Notes: a model not told the origin generated them from the sequence alone. DNA of 64,000 nt from Bugula neritina (GCA_964035545.1 OZ037770.1:7384973-7448972), one strand, 5' to 3'. Counted from the stretch's first letter, positions 33,801-45,033 are shown. Program-made: numbers and translations.

Positions 33801-36697
33801 AGAACACTGCAAAGCAATGAAATATACTGCAACATACTGAAACATGCTGTAACATACTGAAATGCACTGCAACACACTGGAGTATACTGTAATTCACAGA
33901 AGTGTACTGTAACATACTGAAACATACAACAACATACTGAAATGCACTGCACTATGCTGAAATATACTGCAACATACTGAAATACACTTCAACATAAGGA
34001 ATTACATTGCAACATACTGCAACATACTGAAATATACTAAAACATACTGAAACACACTGCAAAACATTGGATTATACTGCAACATACCTAAATATATGGT
34101 AACCTACTGAAATATGTTGCAAACAACTGAAATATACTGCAACATACTGCAACATAATGAAATATACTGCAACATGCGTAAATATACTGCAAAATGCTGC
34201 AACATACTGAAATACACTGTAACATACTGCAATACACTGCAACATACTGCAACAAACTGAAATACACTGTAACAATATGAAATACACTGCAACACATTGA
34301 AATATGCTGCAACATACTGAAATATACTACATCATACTGAAGTATACTGCAACATACTGAAATATACTGCAACATACTGAGATATACTGCAACATACTGA
34401 AACACACTGTAACACATTGAAATACACTGTAAGACATTGAAATATACTACAACATACTGAAACATACGACAGCATACTGAAATATACTGCTACACCTTGA
34501 AATATACTGGAAAACACTGAAATATGCCGTAGCATACTGAAATACACTGAAACACACTGAAGTATAATGTGATTTACTGAAATTTACTGTAACATACTGA
34601 AACATATGCCAACATACTGAAATGTACTGCAACATACTGAAATACACTGCAACACATAGGATTATACTGCAACATACCTAAATATATGGTAACCTACCTA
34701 AATATGTTGCAAACTAGTGAAATATACTGCAACATACTGCAACATAATGAAATTTACTGCCACATACTGAAATAGACTGCAAAATACTGCAACAAACTGA
34801 AATACACTGTAACATTATGAAATACACTGCAACACATTGAAATATACTGCAACATACTGAAATACACTTCAACATAAGGAATTACACTGCAACATACTGC
34901 AACATACTGAAATAAACTGTAACATATTGAAATACACTGCAACACATTGAAGTACACTGTAACATACTGAATCACACTACCACATACTGAACTACACTGC
35001 AACTTATTGAAATACACTGCAACACGATGAAACATACTGCAACATACTGAAACATGCGGCAACATACTGAAATACACTGCAACACATTGAAATACACTGT
35101 AACACAATGAAATATACTGCAACAGACTGAAACATGCGACAGCATACTGAAATATACTGCGACACATTGAAACACACTGCAAAATACTGAAAGATAGAGA
35201 GATGTACTGTAAAATACTGAATTATACTACACCATACTGAAATATACCTAAAAATATTGAAATATACTTAAATACACTGTAACATACTGAGATACACTGC
35301 AACACATTGGAATATACCGCAATATACCGAAATAGATAGTAACCTACGAAAATATGTTGCAAACTACTGAAATATACTGCAACATACTGCAACATAATGA
35401 AATATACTGCAACATACTGGAATATACTGCAAGATACTGCAGCATAATGAACTACATTGTGAGATATTGAAATACACTGCAACATACAGCAACATACTGC
35501 AACATGCTGAAACACACTGAAACATGTTGAAATACACTGCAACACATCGAAAAATACTGCAACAGACTGAAACATACGAGAGCATACTGAAATATACTGC
35601 GACACATTGGAAAACACCCCAAAATACCGAAATATATGATAACCTACTAAAATATGTTGCAAACTACTGAAATGTACTGCAACATACTGAAATACACTGT
35701 AACATACTGAATTACACTGCAACATACTTAAATACACTGTAACATAATGGAATACACTGCAACACCCTAAAATATACTGAAACATACCAGAAGATATGGT
35801 AACCTACTGAAATATGTTGCAAACCACTGAAACACACTGCAATATCCTGCAACAAATGGAAATATACTGTAACACATTGAAATATAGTGCAACATACTGA
35901 AATATGCTGTAGCATACTGAAATACACTGCAACACACTGAAGTATACTGCAATATACAGAGATTTACTTTAAAATACTGAAACTTACGTCAACATACTAA
36001 AATGTACTTCAACATGCTGAGATATACTGCAACATACTGAAATACACTGTAACATACTGAATTACACTGAAATACTGAATTACACTGCCACATACTGAAA
36101 TACACTGTAACATATTGAAATACACCGCAACATACTGAAACATACTGAAATAAACTGTAACATAATGAAATACACTGCAACACCTTGAAATACACTATAA
36201 CATACTGAATTACACTACAACATACTGCAACATACTGAAATAGACTGTAACATATTAAAATACACTGAAACATACTGCAACATACTGAAACACACTGCAA
36301 CATAATAAAATACACTGCGATATACTGCAACATACTGAAATACAGTGTAACATATTGAAATACACTGCAACGCATTGAAATACACTGTAACATACTGGAA
36401 GATACTGCAAGATCCTGCAACATAATGAAATACATTGTAAGATACTGAAATATACTGTAACACAATGAATGATACTGCAACATACTGAAATACACTGCAA
36501 TACACTGAAGTTTACAGTAATATACGAAAATGTACTGTAAAATACTGAAACATGCGGCAACATACTGAAATATACTGCAACACATTGAAATATAGTGCAA
36601 CATACTGTAATATGCTGTAGCATACTAAAATACACTGCAACACACTGAAGTATACAGTACTATACAGAGATTTACTGTAACATACTGAAACTTACTG
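6811..36697 (+). repeat. Satellite B: 10-bp monomer / 20-bp dimer (ACTGCAACAT-ACTGAAATAY), ~30 kb, with kb-scale higher-order duplications
   Basis: ACTG recurs every 10 bp throughout. Identical spurious ORFs in the ORF track recur at offsets 2631, 4258/4439, 3459 and 5379 bp. Confidence 0.97.
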
Positions 36698-37893
36698 CCT
36701 AAATGTGCTAAAAAGTGCCTAAATGTGCTAAAAAGTGCTTAAATGTGCTAAAAGTGCTTAAATGTGCTAAAAATTGCCTAAATGTGCTAAAAAGTGCTTA
36801 AATGTGCTAAAAGTGTCTAAATGTGCTAGAAAGTGTCCAAATGGGCTAAAGAGTACCTAAATGTGCTAAAAGTGCCTAAATGTGCTAAAAAGTGCCTAAA
36901 TTCGCTGAAAAGTGCCTAAATGCGCTAAAAAGTGCTTAAATGTCTTAAAAGTGCTTAAATGTGCTAAAGGGTGCCTAAATGTGCTAAAAAGTGCCTAAAT
37001 GTGCTTAAAAGTGCTGAAATGTGCTAAAATTGCCTAAATGTGCTAAAAAACTCTAAATGTGCTGAAAAGTGCCTAAATGTGCTAAAAAGTGCCTAAATGT
37101 GCTAAAAAGTGCTTAATTGTGCTAAAAGTGCTTAAATGTGCTAAAAATGCCTAAATGTGCTAAAAAGTGCTTAAATGTGCTAAAAGTGTCTAATTGTGCT
37201 AAAAAGTGCCTAAATGTGCTAAAAAGTGCCTAAATGTGCTAAAAAGTGCCTAAACATGCTAAAAAGTGCCTAAATCTGCTAAAAGTGCCTAAATGTGCCT
37301 AAATGTGCTAAAAAGGGCTTACATGTGCTAAAAGTGCCTAAATGTGCTAAAAAAACCCTAAATGTGCTGAAAAGTGCCTAAATGTGCTAAAAAGTGCCTA
37401 AATGTGCTAAAAAGTGCCTAAATGTGCTAAAAAGTGCCTAAATGTGCTAAAAGTGCCTAAATGTGCTAAAAAGTGCCTAAATGTGCTAAAAGTGCCTAAA
37501 TGTGCTTAAATGTGCTGAAAAGGGCTTAAATGTGCTAAAAGTGCTTAAATGTGCTAAAAGTTGTTAAATGTGCTGAAAAGTGTCTAAATGTGCTAAAAAG
37601 TGTCTAAATGTGCTAAAAAGTGCCTAAATGTGCTAAAAAGTGCCTAAATGTGATAAAAAGTGCCTAAATTTGCTAAAAAGTGCCTAAATGTGCTAAAAAG
37701 TGCCTAAACATGCTAAAAAGTGCTTAAATGTGCTAAAAGTGCCTAAATGTGCTAAAAAGTGCCTAAATGTGCTGAAAATTGCTTAGATGTGCTAAGAAGT
37801 GCTTAAATGTGCTAAAAGTGCCTAAATGTGCTAAAAAACGCCTAAATGTGTTAAAAAGTGCTTAAATGTGCTAAAAAGTGCTTAAATGTGCTA
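36696..37893 (-). repeat. Satellite A in inverted orientation (GTGCCTAAATGTGCTAAAAA)n
   Basis: The unit is the reverse complement of the unit at 1-6810. Confidence 0.95.
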
Positions 37894-39518
37894 AAACATG
37901 CCCAAATGTGCTGATTTCAGCCAAATATGCTAATAGTACCAATAAGTTCCCAGCGGTTCTGAAACGTGCCCATTAGTGCTAAAACTAGCATAAGTGTGCT
38001 CAACAGTGCCCAAATGTGCTAATTTGAGCCAATTATGCTAATAGTACCAATGAGTGCACAAAGGTTCTGAACCTGCAGAATAGTGCTAATAGTAGGATTG
38101 GTGAGCTCAACAGTGCCCAAATCTGCTAAAACATTCCCAAATGGGCTAAAACATGCCCAAATGTACTAAATTGAGCCAAATATGCTAATAGTACCAATAA
38201 GTGCCCAGATGTTCTGAAGCGTGTTCAATAGTGCTAAAACTAGAACAAGTGTGCTCAACAGTGCCCAAAGGTGCTAAAACATGCCCAAATAAGCTAAAAT
38301 GAGCCAATTATGCTAATTGTACCTATTAGTGCCCAGAGGTTCTGAAACGTGCCCAATAGTGGTAAGACTAGGACTAGTGTGCCTAACAGTGCCTAAATCT
38401 GCTAAAACATTTCCAAACGGGCTAAAACATGCCCAAATGCACTAAATTGAACCAAATATGCTAATAGTACCAATAAGTGCCCAGAGGTTCTCAAAAGTGC
38501 GCAATAGTGCTGATAGGAGAACTAGTGTGCTTGACAGTGCCCAAATGTGCTAAAACATGCCCCAATGTGCTAAATTGAGCCAAATATACTAATAGCACCA
38601 ATTAGCACCCAAAGGTTCTGAAACGTGCCCAATAGTGCTAATAGTAGACCTAGTGTGCCTAACAGTGCCCAAATGTGCTAAAACATTCCCGAATGGGCTA
38701 AAACATGCCAAAACGTACTAAATCGAGCCAAATATGCTAACAGTACCAATTAGTGCCCAGAAGTTCTAAAACATGCCCAATAGTGCTAATAGTAGAACTA
38801 GTGTGCTCAACAGTGCCCAAATGTGCTAAAACATGCCCAAATGTGCTAATTTCAGCCAAAGATGCCAATAGTACCAATAAGTTTCCAGAGGTTCTGAAAC
38901 GTGGCCAATAGTGCTAAAACTAGAACAAGTGTGCTCAACAGTGCCCAAGTATGCTAATTTGATCCAACTATGCTATTAGTACCAATTAGTGCCGAGAGGT
39001 TCTAAAACGTGCCCAATAGTGCTGATAGTAGAACTAGTGTGCTCAACAGTGCCCAAATGTGCTAAAACATGCCCAAATGTGCTAAATTGAGCCAAATACA
39101 CTACTAGCACCAATAAGCGCCCAGAGGTTCTGAAACGTGCCAAATTGTGCTAAAAGTAGAACTAGTGTGCTTAAAACTGCCCAAATGTGCTATAACACGC
39201 CCAAATGTGCTAAATTAAGCCAATTATGCTAATAGTACCAATGAGTGCACAAAGGTTCTGAACCTGCAGAATAGTGCTAATAATAGGACTAGTGTGCCTA
39301 ACAGTGCCCAAATCTGCTAAAACATTCCCCAACGGGCTAAAACATGCCCAAATGTACTAAATTGAACCAAATATGCTAATAGTACCAATAAGTGCCCAGA
39401 GGTTCTCAAAAGTGCGCAATAGTGTTGATAGGAGAACTAGTGTGCTTGACAGTGCCCAAATGTGCTAAAACATGCCCCAATGTGCTAAATTGAGCCAAAT
39501 ATACTAATAGCACCAATA
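37894..39518 (-). repeat. Satellite C: complex tandem repeat of 108/128/148 bp (~12-13 copies) built from ~20 bp satellite-A-like modules
   Basis: The ggttct marker (two variants) occurs at 37955, 38063, 38210, 38338, 38486, 38614, 38762, 38890, 38998, 39126, 39254 and 39401. Modules such as gtgcccaaatgtgctaaaac resemble inverted A. Confidence 0.9.
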
Positions 39519-39588
39519 CAGAATATAATAACAAAAAAAGAAATAAAAAGAAATATGAATTATTGCAAGGGTAGCACACTCGGAACAA

Positions 39589-40629
39589 TGTCACGTAAAC
39601 TTTAAAACATGAAGAGCAATTAGCAGTTCGCCAGCAGGGTTGATGTGTCTTTTCAACAGATCATGTAGGAGAGCACGAATATAGGAAAAAGGCGGGTTTA
39701 GGAACACGCTCATATAGTCAGAGCCAAGCACTTGGTGGTGTCGATAAGCCACCAAAAGAATCCAGCGTGGCAAAAGAAAATTCCCCTAAGGAAGGGGGGG
39801 TCGTCACCATTTCCTTCCTCATAGGATAGTGTCGAGTACTAGTAGTCCATGCTGATTAGTCGGTGGAAATACCGAAGGGGAAAGTATAAAGTTCATCCTC
39901 AGGCTATTATTCTTTTTTCTATTACTTTCATGCAGAATTAGATATTATTATTAAGTTATGGTTATTTATTACTGTTATTATGATTATGATTCGCCTCCAT
40001 CAGCACCACTGTATTGTGATCGAGCCACGGGCGAGAAAAGGGAAGAACTCCTATTCTCTTTGTTGATTACTACTGCTCTTTACAGGAGTCGAAGGGCACA
40101 TCCGCCACGACAGTCACAAGGTCTGCTGTTTTGGTTATATAGGAATCAAGCCAAGCAGTCATAGTGGAAGTCAGTGAACATGCAGATGAGAATGATGGGT
40201 GACTGCTTGACGGTGATGCCAGGAGAAAGAAATGCCGCTCCGCTATTAAAGTCCCACCTGCAACAGAAAGCCAGAAACTGTTGAAGGGGTTTTCACCTGG
40301 TCAGTACGACACCTCGACTGAGTCTCGCAATCTAGCAACCCACTGATTCTAAACAAATCACGCGGGCGACTGCCTCACTCAAAGTTGTCAGTGAAATCAC
40401 CTGACTTAGAAAACCAGCCTTATTGTTATGATGAAGCGAGACTGATTTAAAGCTACCAGCTTGAATTCCATTTAAATAATAGAATTATACTAGTAGACTT
40501 ACCATAGGACAGCCACGACGTTAGTCTACTGCCCACTTGGGCCTCGTAGTGTGCCAGCTTGACAAGTACGTGCTCGCACGTTGGCAGTTGAAATAGAAAA
40601 GAACGCTCTTCGCAGTGGAAGTGATTACA
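39589..40629 (-). repeat. 3' LTR (~1041 bp) of the Gypsy element
   Basis: On the minus strand it begins TGTAATCAC right after purine-rich AAAAGGGGTGTGA and ends ..CGTGACA. Its first ~370 bp align with the LTR at 49211. The distal end is inferred from TG..CA only. Confidence 0.7.
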
Positions 40630-40722
40630 TCACACCCCTTTTCACTAGCGAGCTGGCTTCGCTCTTTTCTATGCCCCCGGTGGTGTTATTATGATATATA
40701 TTTACACCACTGTGTAGGCAAC

Positions 40723-42601
40723 TCACAGTTGTGTCTCCTTGTACTTATGAAACGCAACTCTCAATTGCTCATCTCCCGAGATTTCTTTTATGATAGCTGA
40801 TGGATGTTTTTCCACTGCATCACACAAGAAATCTTTCAAATAAGATGGTGGCGCCCTAGTGCGTTGCCTACGGTCCAACTGCACTGGGGAATTTGCTGCT
40901 GCTGGTGACTCTTCCACCACCGGTGGTGTCGCCAGTACGGGGGGGGGGTCCACTAGTACGGGTGGTCCCCTCTCAGCTGCCTCTTCCTCATAAATTTGAG
41001 GAAATACCATCTCATCCGGGACGATAGGCCTATCGGCCGACTCAGACTGGTCTTCCGGTGTGTCGGCCTCCTCCTCATGGGGTGGAGGTGGCCGGGGCGA
41101 GTCGGGTGGCGCGTCGGCCGCTCCTTTCTGACCTGGCAGTATCTTTTCTATCTCTCTGTATGCCATGCCTCGCCCCCCCATAGGAGGGCGTCCAGCAGGC
41201 TCTAACAGAGGAGGTGCTTGACCTGCTGCATCAGGGCTCGCCCAGTAAGGTTTCAGTTGTGCTTCGTTCTGGACCGACACTTGTCCAGACCGTTCCACTT
41301 TGTATGTGTGATTAGGCATCACCTCAATCAAGCAATAAGGACCAACAAACTTCGGCTGCAACTTAGCCGCCTGTCCGCGCCGCCGGCGATGACTGGTCAT
41401 CCAGACCCAGTCTCTCACCTTATATAAGGGGGGGGTCATCAGAGTCACCACTCCTGACCTGCCATTGCTGCTCACATAGCACCTCGTGAGCCGTCCTCAT
41501 GCGCTTCACGAGCTCGTCCACGTAGACGTGGACGTTGGTCTCTGAAGTCGGAACATGATAGTTTACGTGCTCAGGAACCCTTGTTTCTCTCCCCAGCATG
41601 AGAAAATTAGGGGTCTCCAGTGTACTGGAATGAGGGGTACTACGGTAAGCTCGCATAATTTGCGGCAATACCAAGTCCCACTCTTCTTGGCTCCTACCGA
41701 TAAGCAGGCTTCTCAGTGAGTCCCCTAGCATTCGGTTGTTCCGCTTCACAACCCCGTTCCCTTGCGGGTGATACGGGGTCGTTTGACTCTAGTTTAACCC
41801 CCACATTTTACAGAGATCGCTCATAAGTTGCGACTGAAACTGGGCGTCTTGATCAGAGTGTATCTGATCCGGCAAGCCGAAATAACAGAATACCTGCTGA
41901 TCTAAGGCTCTGGCCACCGAGGGGGCCGAGGCATCTGGAATAGCCAGTGCATCAGCCCACCGCGTGAAATGGTCAGTTAATACCAGTATCCAGTTATTAC
42001 CTCTCACTGTTGTGGGCATGGGGCCTACCAGATCTACAGCAACTACCTGCCACGGACGACCGGCATGAAGGCGGCGCCTCCCTGCGGTCTCAGTGGAGCG
42101 GCCATGCTTACTAGCTTGGCATACCTCACACTTCCGCACCCGGAGTCGGACATCCCGGGTCATACCGGGCCAAAACCACTGGAGTTGAAGACACCTAGTC
42201 ACCCATCCAGCTCCGGCATGAGCTTGCTTATGGGTGTCCCAGATCAACTCCCGCCTCAGAGCAGACAGACAGACTACCCTCTCTCGTTCACGGCGATTGG
42301 TGCTGGCTGCTAACATTATCGTCAGCAGCCCATCACTGTTAAATTGGAGGGAGTCCCAGCGGTCGCAGAAGTATTTAAACTCTGCACTCTTCACCCGCTG
42401 TTCGGCCTCACTAGGCCGCCGTCCCTCCTTCTTGGCCCGAACTAGGTCAGCTACCACCCCTGGTAGCGTAGCTTGGAGCCGACACAGCCCCTTGACGTTC
42501 CTGAGCAGCGTGGGGTTTGCGTGAAGGTTGTTAACAGCCTCATTAAGAGATTCAGACCGAAGTTGTCCTTCCTCCCAGCTGTATACACCCGCTTTCCCCA
42601 A
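40723..42601 (-). pseudogene. Gypsy integrase (HHCC zinc finger, DDE core, GPY/F motif, Pro/Glu-rich tail), split over three ORFs
   Basis: ORFs 41789-42601, 41420-41749 and 40723-41475 carry HKQAHAG..CEVC, WQVVAVDLVGP, LTDHFTRW, HSDQ, YRSTPHSST and PKFVGPY. Confidence 0.9.
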
Positions 42602-42639
42602 CTGTTTTTCAACGTCCGAGCAAGGGGGTCCACCATCAC

Positions 42640-42890
42640 TACTCGCTATATTTTGGCATTGCTTACACCCATCTGCCTGGCGGCGGCTGAGTCCGTCGGC
42701 ATTACCGTGTTTCTTACTGGGTCAGTGTTCGATTCGATAAGAAAACCCTGCCAGGATTTATAGCCAGCGCGCCACTTGGCTTGATGATTCAGCCCGTCGA
42801 CACAGCCATATCGAAGACGCATGATCCGTCCGTAGTCAGAACGTACGCCCATACAAATATGGTCTAAAGTGTTAGACCGCCTTGACTAGT
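42640..42890 (-). pseudogene. C-terminal part of Gypsy RNase H with in-frame stops
   Basis: Manual translation: VKAV*HFRPYLYGRTF*LRTDHASSIWLCRRAESSSQVARWL*ILAGFSYRIEH*PSKKHGNADGLSR. Confidence 0.85.
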
Positions 42891-43298
42891 AGCCGCGCCA
42901 TCACCAGGCGTTCCCGCTTACTCTCACAGCCATCACAGGCATCTCCGTACAACTCTGCTACATGTTCAGGCACCGGCCCGCTGTCGTCTCTAGTGGGTAT
43001 CCCATGGGCTTCATCCGCTGTCTCCAGCGCGAGCCCTACATCCTGCTCCTGTACGGAGTGGAACTTCCCCACTAGTGACCCAGCCAGCAATTCTACCGGC
43101 TGCGTGAAAGGATTCACGCACTGGACCAGGAACTACCCCGCTCATCCAGTCTATTCAGAATGTTAGCGAGCTGGACGCCCCTCAGTGCACCTTCCACCAC
43201 TCCTAAGTCGCAGATTTCCCTACAGTTCACTCTGCAGCAAACTGTAGCACGGGAGCGCCCAGGTACAGTACAGTGCTGCACCACCTGCACTCCCCCAC

Positions 43299-44165
43299 CT
43301 AGGGTCGGCCAAATCGGATGACACAGGCCAGCTCACGCCCGGCCATCACCACCGCAGACTTGCTAAAGTCGATGTAGCACCTGTGTCGCTTCAGAAATGG
43401 CATGCCCAAGATGGCGTCCTCCTTGAGTTGACTGACGATGAAGGTCTCACTGATCGTCTGATCACGGACTCTACCAATCAACTGGATTAGCCAATAGAAA
43501 GGAATGCACAACCCGTCCGCCAACGTGCCGTGTTCCCCTTCATATGGTTCTAGGCAAGCCTTGTCCCTAGCACTGAGTGTGTCAAACAGACGCCGGCTCA
43601 GAAGATTTGTGGTATACCCAGTATCCAACAGGAAGGTGACAGCTTTTCCGGCAAGCTTTCCAGGGAGGAAATAGCTGCTTCCATATGGCTGGGCGCTCAC
43701 TGAGTGGTTCGTCTTTTGAGGTGACACCTCATGTGCATGGAGTTGGGAATGCGCCCGTGCTTTTCGGTTGCGAGGGGGTCGTCGACGTCGCGTGGGCAAG
43801 CAGGTTACATCTCGGTCTTGCTCACACACGGGCGGCCAAGTGAATGCTCGGTCTGGCCCTCGTGTGGGCAACCGAGGGAAATCCCTGTCTCGCTCCCACC
43901 CGCCGTACACTCCCGCATCAGGCAACCCTTCAAAGCGGTTTTTGAGTACCCAAGCCGGAGGTTTTGATGGGGTTTGCGGCCTACTAACTCTCCTTGGGGC
44001 TTGCCACTCTGGCAAAGGCGGCCTCGTCACCCGGTGGGGTTTGGGGCCTGCCCTCTGCCTTGGAGGGTTAAACCGGGGCCCACAGTTGGCGGAGTTTACC
44101 GTGGGCCGTTGCCGTCTAACTGCCTCCCTCCACCATGGGGCAACTTCGCATGAAGTGCCTACCAT
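43299..44165 (-). pseudogene. Gypsy aspartic protease region
   Basis: FLLDTGYTTNLL catalytic motif and AILGMPFL motif. Confidence 0.85.
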
Positions 44166-44959
44166 TACCGCAGCCCCAGCATACGAGACGCCGCCTGTCG
44201 TCGACAGCTGTCGACGACCCTCGGGGTCGCTCGGCTGTCGACTGTTGGCGTAGTTGCCTGATCTCGGCTAACAGCTCCCGAACCAAGCTTGTGGTCAAGC
44301 TAGTCGGCTCATCAGCTGCCGCCGTGGCAACATGTAAAGCTGTCTTCGCCGGTGACGTCGTCGTCGTTTGCTCCGACCTGCTGTATTGTCGTACCAGGCC
44401 GGCACGCACTGTCGGCTTGGAAATAGACATTTCCAAGCCTGAGGGCTCGCTCCATAGTCTCGACCTCGGCCACCAGCAGATGCTGCTTCAACCCGAGGTT
44501 GTTAATAGACTGGAGGAATGCATCCAGTGTTAAGCTCTGTCGACTATCAGCTGGCAAGTCGCCATAAGCAACTTGTGCCAGTCGTTCGACTATGGTCGCA
44601 TGCTCTCCCAGGTTAGTCTTAGGATTTCTCCTAAGTCCCTGGAGTTGAACGCGGGCATCTCGAGCGGTTAATCCAAACCGAGCTCTCAATGCCTCAAATA
44701 TGTCACCGACATCCTGGCTTATCCCGTAGGGTTTAGCCGCCCCTGTCAGACATAACTGTAGCTGGATCAGAGTAACTCTAGTCGGCCATTTGCAAATGGC
44801 CGCCACATCACTGAATTCAGTGATGAACTGCTCTTCATCTTCTTCTCTTGAGAAGATGGGAGCCGGCAGGTGGTACCTGTCCATAGGCAGCGCTGGGCCG
44901 CCTATGTTATCCTCCTCCATCACTACCGGTCCTTGTCGGGGCACGTCGTCGTCGGCCAT
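44116..44959 (-). pseudogene. Gypsy gag with CCHC zinc knuckle (frameshifted)
   Basis: ORF 44312-44959 is capsid-like (FITEFSDVAAICKW..LTGAA..ALRARFG). ORF 44116-44436 has CX2CX4HX4C (CWGCGNGRHFMRSC). Confidence 0.85.
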
Positions 44960-45033
44960 CTTCTTTCTACTCCCTGGCCAGGAGCATTTGTAATAAGTGA
45001 GATCCCATATTTAAATTTTCTGGTAGGTTTTTC

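Larger units (their letters stand above)
39589..45007 (-). mobile_element. Decayed Ty3/Gypsy LTR retrotransposon (gag-CCHC, protease, RNase H remnant, integrase, 3' LTR); RT deleted, 5' LTR absent
   Basis: Domain motifs in Gypsy order: CWGCGNGRHFMRSC, LLDTG..ILGMPFL, HFRPYLYGR..RTDH..NADGLSR, H..H..CEVC, VAVDLVGP, HSDQ, PKFVGPY. Multiple stops and frameshifts. Confidence 0.92.

Noticed and set aside
6777-36635. More than 150 Cys/Tyr/Val-rich minus-strand ORFs (MLQYISVCCSIFQYVAVYFS..)
   Set aside because: The 10-bp monomer lacks stops on the minus strand, so all three frames give the same peptide. ORFs overlap in every frame and break at random; they are satellite artefacts.
39406-39594. 62-aa hydrophobic ORF
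   Set aside because: Spans the LTR end, an A-rich spacer and satellite C; a chance frame.
42890-43300. dUTPase-like domain between protease and the RT position (NPFTQPVELLAGSLVG)
   Set aside because: Only a vague resemblance with no catalytic motifs; would need a profile search.
40996-44993. Plus-strand ORFs over the Gypsy element
   Set aside because: Antisense shadows of GC-rich gag/pol sequence with no motifs.
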